A model generated the notes under the pieces. The model had not been told where the DNA came from. It did no database searches and was given only the letters and a program-made list of their open reading frames with translations. A stretch of 64,000 bases of DNA from Trichosphaerium sp. ATCC 40318 (taxonomy: Eukaryota > Protista > Tubulinea), in assembly GCA_038496445.1 (NCBI GenBank), contig JALMLS010000231.1:62001-126000 (forward strand), in the 5' to 3' direction. Numbering within the stretch: the first letter of the stretch is position 1; every line of letters starts with the position of its first letter. Shown piece by piece: positions 26,424-39,926 of this stretch. A program made the translations under genes and the position numbers.

Positions 26424-28253
26424 ATGAGCTACACCGATTTTAACGTAAAAGAAGAGTCCGTTAAGGATATATGGGCAGGAGTACGCTTTTAAACGGTTTT
26501 AAATTACGTTTTAGTGACATTCGCTTAGTATTCGTCTCGTATGCGGTTTGCGCTCACTCTGGGATCTACTATGCAAGTGGCATCAACAATGATTGATGGA
26601 AACAGCATTTCTAACGTAATACTGCGTGAATTCTTGTTATTAGTCGTTACACTGTACAACTTGATATTCTTTTGGCGTATAGAACCACAGGTTCGTGTTT
26701 TATTTCCATTTTCATGTAAATGCGGCTAATCCGTTTATCCGTGATTCTATTTACCTTGAATAACCTTAAAACTAGCGTCAAGCGTATGTTAAGGCTATAG
26801 ATAACCCTAAAAAAATGAGGAACTTTTTCAACCTCGGAGAAGATCATCCGTTACTTCATTTCATCTTTGGTATGGAGAGTCCTTCTATGGCTCATGTTAA
26901 GACTATACACATAACAGATGACGCCGACAAATCATTAAAGACACCAGTACGCACAAGAGATAGTTTAAATCCATTTTTGGAATTGCTTTCTTTGTCACAA
27001 AAGTAGTAAAAAGCTGTGAACAAGTTCTTACGTTTTCGCACCTAAGGTTCATGTATTCTCAAAGAAAAAGCCTTCTGCTGATGGACCTGGATGTATTCTT
27101 TATATACACGGTGGCGGTATGGTCGCTTGCTCAACTAAAAGTAAGTTAGCGATAAAGAAGCTCACATTTAACTCGTGTTTTCACAAAAGCTCATGAAGAT
27201 CATATCCGAACACTTGCAAGCCATACAAACCTACCAGTACTATCAATAGACTACAGACTCGCTCCTGAAGTAGCATACCCAACATGCACGTGACCTTGTT
27301 TTGCTTCCACATTGACACGTGACTTATTATTTTCAGGTGTTGATGATTGTTGGACAGTCTATAAATGGCTCCTAGCTCATGGATCTGAACATGGTAGGGA
27401 TTTGCTTCTTATTTATTGCACGATATTTTTAACAGTCTTGTAGGTATATCTACAAAAAAGATAGTCATCACTGGAGATAGTGCTGGCGCAGCTATAGCTG
27501 CTTCGGTTACTGTTAGGGTACGTGGTCTTCGAACAGATTTTTCCTATTAGAAGCGAAGCTGATAGCCTTTTTGTAGGCGATAATGGAGAACAATAGAGCT
27601 CCTGACGGCTGTTTGTTTACGTATATTTGGTCTGCGGGACCTGAGTTTCCTTCGCACAAGCGATTTTCTAATGATGTATTGCTACCAAAACAAATACTAG
27701 ATATGGGTAAGGTAGCAGTGAAGGAAGGATTGAAGAAGGTATGTCCTGACACATGCAAAACTCTTTTTTCTTGTTTTACACATACTGACTGTTTACCCTT
27801 CTTTAAAAGACCAAGAGAACCGATTATTCTCCATATGATGCTTCAGATGATATAATCAAACAATTTCCGCCTTGCTTGTTATATGTAAGCGCACATTAAC
27901 AATGATAGATTTCCCTTTTTTTTTTATCCACCAAATTTGTTCTCATCAAAAAAAAACAGGTTGGTGATCGTGATCCGTTACTTGATGATTCAAGGTTCAT
28001 ACATGATAAGTTTACAAAATGTGGCGTTGATTCAACATTACACGTACTACCAGGTAAAGTAACACGTGAAAATTAAGAACATGCAAAGTCTACTTGGAGC
28101 GATTGCATCAAAGTTATTTTCTGTTTCATCGTTTTCTGCTTTACATTTTCTTTAGGATTGACTCATGGATTTGCAAATGTTGCAAGCTTTATTCCAAAGG
28201 CGAAGGAGGTAAATAAAGAAGCATCAACATGGATCAAGAATATATGTCAATAA
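26424..28253 (+). CDS. Hormone-sensitive-lipase-family alpha/beta hydrolase; multi-exon
   Basis: LYIHGGG, IDYRLAPE, GDSAG, DPLLDDS, HGF catalytic motifs. Confidence 0.92.
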
Positions 28254-28612
28254 AAAACATGAAACGGTTGAGTACTTGAAAATGACATCTTCATTTTTTA
28301 TTAGTTTACTCCGTCTGTTGGTAAGTTAACACAGATTTGGAGGACAACCTGCCTCCCCATTGCTTTGACGTCATTCGTCACATAGCCAGAGACGTCAAAG
28401 GAAAAACCCATTTATTATTTGTTTATATTCTTTTTTTGTCTTCTTTAAAATGTACAACACTATTTCCCAAGTGATAAAAAACGACATCCTGATCCTTTAC
28501 TTTTGTGGTCACCAATATTAGTTGTAGTACACTGCAAATTCACATTGATTGCCGTAGTCGTAACACCAGCTCCAATCAATAGAAGTGATTCTCCTCGCTA
28601 CTCTTCTAAACC

Positions 28613-28921
28613 TTATTTCCATCTCATGTCTTTCATACGTGGGTGGTAGGCGTCTAATCCAATTCCAAAAACCATTAACTCGATAAGTACAATAAGCTTT
28701 CCATGCTTTATTTCTCTTGCAGACAACCCACCAGAGATACTATAGTATCCAGAGCAACGACAATACTCGGGGCTGTAATTCCCTTCGAGTTCACAAACAA
28801 CTGTAGCTTGCGCTATACCAATTACTACGAGAAGAACTAATATTGTCAATGCCCAGTTGCTGCAAGATTGTTTTTGCTGAATTACCTGGACATTTAAATA
28901 TAGTAAAATTGGGCTGTCCAC
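28613..28921 (-). CDS. Possible small secreted/membrane Cys-containing protein or remnant; exon structure unresolved
   Basis: Hydrophobic stretch WALTILVLLVVIGIAQA followed by a Cys-containing segment. No clean splice to downstream frames was found. Confidence 0.25.
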   Translation of the reverse strand: MDSPILLYLNVQVIQQKQSCSNWALTILVLLVVIGIAQATVVCELEGNYSPEYCRCSGYYSISGGLSAREIKHGKLIVLIELMVFGIGLDAYHPRMKDMRWK

Positions 28922-29785
28922 TTTTATTCTAGTAGCGAATCTTTGAAGGCCAAGTCACTTTCTTTCTTTGCTGACTGCCGAACGAGTCCACTTGCAAGAG
29001 TTCTAGAGCTGTAGGTACAATTTACAAGTCACGAAAGCGTACTCAACTCAGAAAAGGCGTCTATGAATGAAAAAGGTTATACATCGTGCAAGGTTGATTT
29101 TTTGACGACTATGTATGTATTCGCAACGTGTAAGTCGTTATTGTTTTTTCTTTATTGTTGGGTCTGACACTGCGACTGGCGCAGTGCCAACTAGCAAAAA
29201 TTGAACTCCAGAGGAACCCGTATTGGATTCTCTTACAAAGGCCACCAACGCACAATGTGCAATGCGGGCTGTGCCAATGTATTGCCACTGCCTACTTGAT
29301 CACAGTGACAACGAGTCAGGTACGTAATCGAATAGTGAAGCAGAAATTATTTTGTGCAAAATACACAGAATATTATTGTGGTATACGCGTGTTCATTTGT
29401 AAACAGGGACCAAATTCGCCCTTGACGTGCGAGAGTTGCTTTTAAAGCGTCTTCTGACGATCAAAGTACTCCTGAGGTCCTTAATGCAAAAAGAAGCTTC
29501 CTGCGCACCAGCACCTGCGCCATACTACCGGTAAGCAAATACGTACAAAATTAGACGTCACGCAAAGCTAGGACTTGAAACACCTGCACGCTGTTCGAAC
29601 ATCTGAATGCTTGCTGACTCACAACGGAAAAGGCCTTACAAAATAACAAATTGACTTGCCAGACCATTGGCAATAAATAAAACAAAAGCGTTCAAAAAAA
29701 TAGTTTATTATCATTAATTGGCGTCACTATGTGACAAATTGTCAGCGCCTATAGACACTTAATACAGCTAGGACATTGTTATCGT

Positions 29786-31501
29786 CTAAGCGGATAACTC
29801 CTTGATCTTGGCATCCTTTTGGACGATTTGCGCCTCCAAGTATGTGACGCGGTTTTTGAGTGAAGCAATTTCTTCTTTCATCTAGAAAAAGCGTGAGACA
29901 ACATGACAGGGGAAGTACAAAAAATTGATGGCATACCTCTTTTGGTGTGAGTTCTTTCTCAGGCTCGGCCTTTACAGGGTTGAACTCCTTTTTGGCTACA
30001 GGTGCAACAAAACCAGGAGCCATGGATTGTTTGAGGGGCTCTTTGTTTTCGCCTCCCTTCCATTCCTCGCAAGTAAGTGCAGGTTCAGCACTGGAGCAGT
30101 CTGGGAAGATATCTTCTTGGAACAAATCGGATTTACGTGGTACAATAAATGAGATAGGTTCGACAAATTTCTCGTGGACTTTGTAGAAGCGAGCAATTTC
30201 GTTTTTGCTTACATTTACACCTAGAAAAGTGTGAGTCGCAATGCAATTATCAGAAATACGTTACAGTTTTGCAAACAGAAAAAAAAGCGGAAAGAAGCCG
30301 CTACGCACCTCTCTTTGGCATGAAACCCATACCACGAGCAGGTTTGTTAGATTTGTACTCAGCGAGACTGTAGACAGTCTTTTCAGAGTCTGTAATTTCG
30401 TAGTAACGAATGTTACCATCACCCTACAAAAAAAAGTCAATAACGAATTTGTTTTAAAGCCGAGTGTGCGTACCTTGCCGGCGAGGTAAAGGACGTTTGT
30501 GTCTACGTCGAAGAAAGGCATAATAATACCTGAAGCAGAATCGATACTGACAGGTCCAACAAGAGGCTTGGACAAATTTTTTGGATCCCAAACGGAGTAT
30601 TGACGTTGGCTGGATCTTGAAAAGCCTACGGTGAAAATCTTGTCTTTTTTTCCGAGCCATACGGTACGGCCACCTTTGACACCAGGGTGAGAGTCACCTT
30701 CCTAACGCAAAAATAAGAACGGAAAAATTAAATAGGTATCAAAAACTAAAATAGCTCATTCTAGCGGTTTTTTTTTAGCGGCGAAAAAAACATTTGGTCT
30801 AAAACGAGCACGCACGCGCGTAATGTAGCGTTAAAAGTTGTTTTTTGCAAAAAAAAAGCTGATCGTACCTGTGCGATGGTTTGACCTCTTGGATCAATAA
30901 CTCTGAGCTTCTTGTCCTTGCTGAGTTGCGCAATGAGGGAACCGTCGTAGTTCCAAGCAATACTTTGGATGATCTGTGTTGAAGAACCTTCTAGCTTGAA
31001 CATTTCGGCGCCAGCTTCGATATCCCACAAACGGACAGTGTAGTCTGCAGCAGCAGTGCAAAGAACGTTGTTTGCGACTGGATTAAACTTACAACTACCG
31101 ATCTTTCGGCCATGTCCTTGAAGATCTTGAACAGAGTCCTCCAAACCCAAGTTTTCAGTGAGGCCACCCTCTGGTATTTGCCATACGCGTACGTGGCAAT
31201 CTTCAGATACAGTAGCGAGCAAGTTGTCGTTGAAAGGGTTCCAATCACAACCAAGAACTGCGCCTTTATGGCCAGTGATGAGCTTAGCATCACCTACGCG
31301 ACCCTTGTGGGACTGTGGGAATACTGCTACAGCGCCACCGCCGCCAGTTTGCCAGCAAAGAGCAACGAACTCTGGATTTACTTCACAGTAGTTCTGGTCC
31401 CACGCATTACGTGTAAGCTTTGTATCCAACAAACAGTCGGTGTTTTTAGTTGGTTGGCCGAATACGTGACGGTATTTTGATGAGCGAACAAATCGTGACA
31501 T
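29786..31501 (-). CDS. Coronin (WD40 + C-terminal coiled coil); multi-exon
   Basis: MSRFVRSSKYRHVFG, PFFDVDTNVLYLAGK, VPRKSDLFQEDIFPD and a terminal coiled coil. Confidence 0.96.
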
Positions 31502-31726
31502 GCTGACAGTCCTGTGGCTGTTTAATTAATTTGTTGGCCTAAGTCGGACGATTTTGAAACTTAAATTCCCAATTTTAGCGCTTTTTTTTAAAATACACGT
31601 AGCGCTCTAAAAACAACAACTACGCCTTGCGACTACGCTCTTTTTCATTTGTACAGGAGTTAATTTTTTTTTTTCGTAGTTTTGCCAAACTTTCTTAACT
31701 ACTTTAAAAACTACGATCGCAACTTC

Positions 31727-34700
31727 TTATGTAAGCTTGAGAGGTTCTTTCTCGTTGAGGAAGTGATGAATGAATTTCTTGCATTGCAGGGTAGTGTGCG
31801 TAGTCGATTTTTGCGACCGTATCATTACCTGTGAGAACGTTGCAGCTAGGAACAATCAATAATATGCTTAACGAAAATAGGTACCCAAAATATCGGAAGT
31901 CAGAGCATTTTTATCTTTGTGCTGCAGTAACTCGCGTAAAAACGACATAATGTAGTAGAATATGTTAAAGTTGCAGTCCGGTAAATATGACACTACTTGC
32001 TTCGCGCTTGCGTAAGTCACTGCTTCTATAACCTGCGAATGCGTTAACACTACCAATAACGAGTTTGAGCTATTTCGAGAAAATACGCTTTTTTTGTAGA
32101 GAACCGCTAAATACTGCGGCATCTTTGAAAATGGTGCCTAAAAACGATACACGTACGATTTTATACAGATTTGGAGGAAAAAGTGCTTCTTCTTGCGTTT
32201 CCAGCAAAGCGAGCATCGTTTCGGCCATTGAATGCGCATCCAAATCTATAGGCCAGTGAGAAACGCCAGATAAATGTAGAGTTGCAGTTTTACCTTCTGG
32301 AAACTTCATGCCAGTATCTAGGCATTCCCTGATAGTTGTACATGCCTCAGCATCTCCTTGCTGGCAGAAAATTTCTTCCTGTTGGCTGTTAAATCGAGAA
32401 AGCGTTTAAATTTTTTTTTTCGCAAAACGTATTTCTCCTTGTGTACAAACCTCATCTAAAGCGTTCTTGTGTAGCCACTCTATAACTCTCCATAGTTCTT
32501 TAGGTATTTTGAGTAAGCGTTTTTTATTATCAGTGCCCATAGGAGAGCCTGTTCGGATAGGTTTTTGGAATTGAACCTAAATGAATACTTATTTTTCTTT
32601 TTCAAAAGTATCATTGAGTACACGTACCAAATAACCAAAAGAGCAACCCATGCAACTCTTCAAATAGTTTCCAGTAATTGTGATCTTATTAGGGTTAAAG
32701 AAAAAGACATAGAGCGTCTGGTTGGTATTCAAAGTAGGAAATAATATTTGGGTAGGATACGAACATATCTTTACCGTTCTTCAAGTGTAGCACTAGAATA
32801 TCAGACAACTCCTCATCGTTCATGTTAAATTCTGGTGCGGTTTCTTTTTGAATATTCACAGTGAAATTCAATTGTATCTATGCGATAAGAACGTGATTAA
32901 TGAGTTGATCTTTTTAAGTTATCCAAATGTCAAAAACTTTGACACATGTCATTGTAAAATGAAACTGAAACGTACTTTCTCTCCTGGATTGACAATTTCC
33001 ATGGCTGGATTTATCCACAACCAAGGCTTTGTGGCACGTTTCTCTCCAGGCTTTGGAATGAATTGAAACTGAGCTGGAACGCGACCTAAATAATTGTGTG
33101 AGCAAACTTAAAATCTAGCTGATTTATAGGTACCTATATTTTCTAGCTCCAAGGTTCGGTTTATAGGACTTCCATAACGCACATCACCAAAGTTTACGTT
33201 ATTACCGCTAAAAAAAATTAAAAAAATGCGATTCAAGTCAAAACGTTGTCTTCTTACGATAATTTTGCGTCTGGCATCGCTGCGTTTTCCATCTTATCCC
33301 AGTCTTTTATAGAATCTGCTAGTACTCTAGCACGCTTTTCTTGTATAATTTGTTTGGCCTTGAACGTGTTAGAATACATTTAACAAATACTCAGCTTGTT
33401 CTTACATTGACCTTAAATAAACCAGTAATTGGTCTGTGATCAGATGATAGTAATTCATGTCTTTGATACGTTAAAATCTTTATATCATCTCCTCTAAATA
33501 AAATACGATCCGTCCTAAAAATCCTCTCATTAGTCTACAATTTTATACGTGTAATTAAGGACTTACCAAGAAGGCACTCGATTTTTAGGAGACGTGTCAT
33601 AAATTGTACTGAATGTGTCATATTTGTATGTTGGAGCAAAGTCTATATGTCCCTCAGACCACCCAGTGAATACATTACCCTTAGCCATATTCTCTGTGAG
33701 CTACAATTTGCTGTTAGATAAAACTCAGGTACTTTTTATCTGAAGCCAATGTGTCACCACTGCGTACCTGATCGTATTGAAACAAGTACTTGTAATCCTT
33801 TTCATCAATTTTAGCACGGACTGTCTACTCGCTTGTCAATACAAACAAAAATCACGTAATCCATCTCGTAGAGATACTCACTTGGTCAGGTAGGTCAATA
33901 CGATAATTTAAGTCTCCAAAGAAAAATAAATGATCATGATCTGCCAATGTCCACAGTTCACCATCGACAGTAAATGCTGCATATAGTTAAAGCACATACT
34001 AAAGAGCAGTTAGAACGTACTGGTTCCATTAAATATATCATGGTAATCTTGGTTTCGTCTTGAAACATTTTTTTGGTGCGCGTTAAAGTGAGCGTTTACA
34101 CATGCAATAGTAGAGTCATAAAATCGGAATCTGGGATGTGTTAGTGAGATTCTAGAAGTGTTTTTTTTGTAATAAGCTTGCCTGACGCCAACACCGCCTT
34201 TGTTTCCAAGGACACGCATTACACCTGTTGATGTTGTATTCGCTACTACATCACTGACATCGTCTCTATGTTTTTTATGTACAATGAACAGAATCAATAC
34301 GCCACACATTTGCTTCGATTGACGCTTCAAAGGTCGTCAGAATGGAAACATAAATAACCTTTGGCGGTAAATGGAATTGACTGAATATTGCCTTTGTATT
34401 GTTTGAACGGTGGATTTTGTCGTAAAACTGTTTGTATGGCCAAAATACAAAAAAAAAAAGGTACCAGTTCGTAATTGTCTCCATTGCCATTTAAGCTTTT
34501 GATTACAGCGTTTTCCCATGGGATCGACCGTTCAGGTACTTCTCGCAATATGAGCGCCTGTTATTGCGTTAAATAGAAAAGTTGAAATGTCGCCAACTAC
34601 AATTATACCTCCGTTGTGAGATCAAGTTCTTGGAAGCTACGCGCTGTCAGTTACTTTTTTAAAGACTTGAATTGCCAAAAAATATTACCCCACTATAATT

Positions 34701-35038
34701 ATGTCTGGTTCCACTTTTTGAGTGCTCAGCCATTCGTGCAGGTTGTCAGGAGGCTTTCGTCCGTTTACGTTCCATGACGCGCATAGCACGCTAAATAATC
34801 TATAAATCATACAGGAGAGCGTAATTCGCACTGTGTTTCAAGGGGTTCCGTAAATTGAGCTTCTTTACTTTTCAATTTTGCTTGAAGCCATTTTTGTTTA
34901 AAATCTACGTCATTGAACTTGTTCCCTTCGCTCAAGCTATCTGTTTTAACGTTATTATAAAAACAATCGTGTTATTGCGTTATTCGTACGCCCATAAGGC
35001 CTCAAGCTTCCCACACGCGTAAGCTTCTTAGCTGCCAT
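31727..35038 (-). CDS. OCRL/INPP5B-like inositol polyphosphate 5-phosphatase (5-phosphatase + ASH + RhoGAP-like; no PH domain); multi-exon
   Basis: [64 protein letters not shown]. Confidence 0.93.
32685..32760 (-). other. Probable U12-type intron in the OCRL/INPP5B ASH domain
   Basis: 5' site GTATCCTA, branch-like TTCTTTAAC 9 nt before the intron end, AAG acceptor. Removal gives GKDMF|ITITGNY. Confidence 0.7.
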
Positions 35039-35124
35039 AGGTTCAATAGAGGAGAAGAGTGAAAGTTGTTGAAAATGCATTGATTCACATGTGTTAGTTT
35101 AAGCTGTTTGAAAAAACAATTGCT

Positions 35125-36790
35125 TTAACCCACGTGAAAAACCTCCAATCTTAGAAAAGAAACGCGACGCAAACGAACCAGATTTATAGTTTGACACAAT
35201 GAGGGATGTAAGGACTCAAAACGCGATAGAATTTCAGCTACAGACTTTCTATTTATGTGCAATATACTTTGGAGTGTCCAAGTACAACCGCTTGTTACAA
35301 TATGGTTTGTCAAAGAACCTAGACAGTCTTTAGAGTCATACTAAGAATACAAACGTACCATTATAATTCCATTCTTGGTGCTTCCCTTCAACTCTCCCGT
35401 TGGCGAACAGACTTTCGAAGCGTTTTTGGCCATTATCATACCATGCAATTCCAGCACCATGAAGCTGGCCATCGTGGTACCAAACAATACTCCTAATATG
35501 ACCGTTCAAGTGCCATGTTTTTGCCATTCCTTGCTTGACATTTTCTTTAAAATGACTGACTTCAGCAATTCTGCCGTTTTTGTGCCATTTCTGGAGTGTC
35601 CCATGGATTGCACCGAACTGAAAGGAACAAACCTCTACTAAAGTATCATCCGCTGCACTCCATACTTTCTTTTTGCCGTGTAGTGCATCGCGTTTAAACT
35701 CTTGTTCGGATTTCTTTCTACCATCTTCGAAAAACTCCGTACAGATACCTTCCTTATACCCATTTTCGTAGGTACATTGGTATGCTATAGTGCCGTTTTG
35801 GTGGTAATTCTTATACTCACCATGCATAAGTCCCTTATGATACTGTGAAATCGATGACAAAACGCCGTTGTGATACCAATGGCGACATTCTCCTATCACA
35901 CGTAAGTAATTTAAATTTTGCCTTGGTCGTAATGTACCTTCTAGGACATCGTTATCGTAGTAACTGTCAACATACAGCTTGCCATTCTTGTGCCACTGTT
36001 TGCATTCTCCGCACTTCTTCCCCGCCTTGCAGTGGTATTGCTTGTGTAGACTACCATTTGCGTCCCATAACATATACAGGCCTTCAATGACTCCTTCTTT
36101 GTAGTAACACAGCTCCTGAAGTTTGCCAGTCACGTGCCATTTTCTGCTACTACCTTCCTTCTTTCCGTTTTTGTATGTACATTTCTTCAAACATGTTCCG
36201 TTAAAGTGCCAAAAGGTGTACTCTCCGTTAATCGCTCCGTCCTTGTAATAGCATTGCTCAAGGAGTTGTCCGTAAAAGTACCTACATCAAGGAGATTAAA
36301 AAAGGCAATAATTACCGAAAGAACAAGTTACCATTTTTGTGATAGGCCATTTAGTTTACCGTTTTTATAATGGCAACAGTGGTTCAGTTCCCCATTCCAG
36401 TGCCATGTTCTCCATGTGCCATGTCTTTCGAGATTACTATTGTAACGAGAGGTTATTGCTAACGATTTGCTGATAAGCGGAAGTGTTTTATAGACATCGC
36501 TGTCAAGGTTGCAAATTGCTACGTAGAGTTCGCGCGGAAGGGATGTGAATGACCTGAAGGCGTGTTAGTCTTTTTTTAAAGGTGTTAAAAATGGGGTCTC
36601 AGTCAAACTGGAATTTGTCAAAATACTGTTTTTGCGGCGTAGAAATGGTGAATAAGGCAGTTTGCAGAATTCTTTCAGCAACTTTGTCTAAAATAGGCAC
36701 GTACGTATTCGGAACCGCGCTATTATCACCGCGGAACGCTTTGCGCTTTGGGGCGCCTTTTTTAGACTGAATAGCAACAGTCGCGATCAT
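35125..36790 (-). CDS. F-box-like + long MORN-variant repeat protein, paralog 2
   Basis: SFTSLPRELYVAICNL...PLISKSLAITSRY then many HG...WH.NG repeats. The first and last exons splice in frame. Confidence 0.8.
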
Positions 36791-37215
36791 TACAAATTAA
36801 AAAAGCTGAACTTGCTGTACTGAATAGAAAACCGTTGTTGTATAGCTATAATCACTGTTAACAACGATTATTTTTGTTGTTGACCTGTGTCTGACTTGAC
36901 ATTGTGTTCATTGACACATTGTCGTAAACTCCTTACGTTCTGGTAAGGGCGAGTTGGGAGTGAAAGCGTACGAACTTTTAGACTTTTTAGCTACACATGG
37001 GAAAACTATCACCTTTCTCGGTCTGTACGGTCGGTAAGGGCGAGTTGTAGATTAAATCATGTGTTAGCAAGGGTTTGCAGCCTTTCACAATGGTGCTTTG
37101 TAGCTAAAAGCTTTATCTTAGTAAATACCAAGCCCAAGCTACAGTTGGATTGCTGAGTAGTTGTGTCACGGTTTGTTTGCAAAACGTTTGACAATACAAA
37201 ATACAACACTCTGAA

Positions 37216-39518
37216 ATGATCAAAACTGCCAGTAATGCACTAAAAAGGTGTAAGCGTGCGTAATATTCCTAGTTAAATAGAAACAAGGCTGTTAACACAT
37301 GTGTTAGCACGTAAATCTATTACAAAGCGCCAAAGACGTTATAAGCATAACAAACAAAACAAGGCGGCAACTATCGTGCGGTTATTTGATCAAGTTGCTA
37401 GAAAGTTGTCTATTCAAGTGCTAGACGATTGTTATGAGCTATCCCGTGAAAGTGTCAGTGAAGTGGGTGGCGCAGATGTTACAAAAGTGTACGGTTCAGT
37501 CGAGCAAATAGTCACAAGTCTCTTCCCGTACTACACGTGGTACACGTGGAAATTTAAGTGCGCAACAAACCAGATGGCTCAATTTGCTGACAGGAACATT
37601 TTAGATCTTACACGCGCTTGACAGATCTCGTAACACAGCGTGAGTGTTTTGATAACGTAGCTGAGAGCCTAGGTGTTAAGGTATTGGATGATTTCTATAA
37701 ACTGTCTTATGAGGACATGCCGGAGAGAGGTTTGCGTGTGCTTCAAATGTATGTCCTCTTGACTAATAAGCCCAATTGCATACCTTCGTATGGCTCTAAC
37801 GCTAGCGCTTAGGTATGAGAAGAGTCTATCACAAACATTGCAAAGCCTATACCCACATTGGAGATGGGAACTTTGGAGGTTCAAGTGAGTTTACTGTATT
37901 GGTTGCTTTTTTATTAACATTGGTTTTAGAGCTGTGCCAAATAGGTGTTGGCATGACGTTATTAACCAAAGGCAAAAGTTTAATCTGATCGCTAAGGAAC
38001 TCAATATAAAGTCGCTTGCTGGATGGTATGGTGCTTCAAGACGGAGTGTTGTAATTTCAGGAGGGGGAGCAATCCTTTCTAATCAGTACGCACTTGTTTT
38101 ATTATTTTTTTTTGATTTTCAAAGGTGTTATTTACAGCTTACTGATGATTTAGTTATTCATCTCTACCAGAAGCAATAAAAAATATCTACCCTAATTATA
38201 GTTGGGATGATAAAAAGTTTGCTATTGCAAGTGATTCCCAAGAAATCGCCAAATCAAAGAGGAAACATAAATTTGATCATGCTGCAATTGAACTTAACAT
38301 TAACAACTTTTATGATTGGTATTTTATATCAAGGGAGCAACTTGAACTTGTTGGTTTGTATCCTACGATAAGAAGAAAGTAATAGTACCGCTTGAGTATC
38401 GCATTGTTGTTAATTACGTGGTAGTTATGATGGCTGTTTACAAAACGCATTACGTGATATTTATCCGCAAAACAAATGGCACAGTTGGATGTTCATGTTA
38501 AAGAATCACAAGGGTACTACTCTAGTTGAGTCTATGGGTGAGAATCTGCGCATAAGCAATTTATCAAATTGGTACTTGGTAACAGATGAATCATTGGCAC
38601 CATTTACCTGGGATAGAATCCATAAAGAGTACGCAAAGCTAAACAACTTCTATTTTTTCTCACTTTTTTTTTTTCCAATAGGCTTGGTTGTACATTTGAT
38701 GTTTTACTCTCTCGTGAGTATCCCAATTATAAATGGAAAAACAAGCGATTTATGTGCGTTTGTATACGTACATATTCGTTCTTTGACACGTTTCTTCCTT
38801 AGGTTTTCAAATCATGCATCATCTTCAGCGCTTGCAAAGCATGAAATTGCTTATCATAAAAAGTTTTTTAATTTTCTTGGTGAGAAAATGGTATATAAGA
38901 CCCTGGATGATTGGTATAGAGCTTCGTTTAGATGTTTAAAATCTAAAGGTCTTCCCAAGATTCTGAAGAGGTACGTACACATATTTATAAACGTGAAACT
39001 TACTATTTTTTTAATCAACAGATACGGAGGTTCTCTGCTTAAAACCCTTACCTCCATTTATCCAACACATAACTGGATGCCTTGGAAATTCAAGTACGTA
39101 TAGGCATAGTATACGGTGGTTTCACATGCTAATACTCGACTTTTTTTAGTGTCACTCCACAGACTTACTGGTCGGACACTGCAAACGTAAAAACGTTTTT
39201 ACAACAAGTTTCATCAGCTTTGGATATCTCCAAGCCTAAAGACTGGTACCGCGTTTCCAAAGTAGAAGTCCAAATGCTAGGAGGTGGTACAGGTGTACTA
39301 AAGAGATGGCCTCAGGTATTAAATATTATACATCCTGAATACGATTGGACCAATAGCGACTATCGCATGAAAAAAACATCACAAAGGTAACAACGACTAA
39401 GACTGGAGTTATTTTTTCCTCACCAAATTTACGCCTCTTAAAATATCGAAACAACACCTTCTTATCGTATAATAGGTCATTGCGTACTCTATCACATAGT
39501 TTATTCGCCAGTAGCTGA
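37216..39518 (+). CDS. Uncharacterised helical-repeat protein (~70-aa 'DWY...YP.H.W..WKF' repeats) with a basic, mitochondrial-presequence-like N-terminus; multi-exon
   Basis: About 7 repeats such as LDDWYRAS...YGGSLLKTLTSIYPTHNWMPWKF. The N-terminus MIKTASNALKRLLTHVLARKSITKRQRRY has no acidic residues. Confidence 0.7.
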
Positions 39519-39782
39519 TATTTAGGACGAGAGTGATTGAAATTCATCCAAAAATATTGAAATTTCTTAAATAACGTAAAAACCGATAGAAAATAAAACG
39601 ACTACGCGAGGAACGTACTAAGCCGATAACTTCACTGAAGCGTAAAATAGAATTTCTAAACCCACAATTTTTTTGTTTTCATTTTTATCGTCTATTTAAA
39701 TTAGTTTTCGCTCATATTCTTCCAGAAGGTGCACAGTAGCAGTGGTTCATCCTAAACCAATCAATGTGAAAACAGAATTTCC

Positions 39783-39926
39783 TGATGGCGTACTTTAAAG
39801 TTAAACTACTTCGATATTACTTCGGTAATCGGCTGTGCGTACCGTTGCCATATGGCACGGTCGCCGGCCACCCCCCCGCCGTTGTTCCTCTGCCGAGGAC
39901 AATAGCAGATCCACGCTACGCTATCA
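39783..39926. ncRNA. Unidentified GC-rich structured element (terminal stem enclosing three hairpins); ncRNA or MITE/introner-like insert
   Basis: TGATGGCGTA pairs with TACGCTATCA. Internal c(TTCG)g hairpin, long GGCTG..CGGCC hairpin and CCTC/GAGG hairpin. Followed by T-runs. Confidence 0.5.

Noticed and set aside
29925-31480. Plus-strand ORFs overlapping coronin (and similar antisense ORFs elsewhere)
   Set aside because: Shadow ORFs of a codon-biased gene, with no recognisable motifs.
36942-37047. CRISPR-like repeat-spacer
   Set aside because: Only two 15-bp copies, eukaryotic context and no cas genes.
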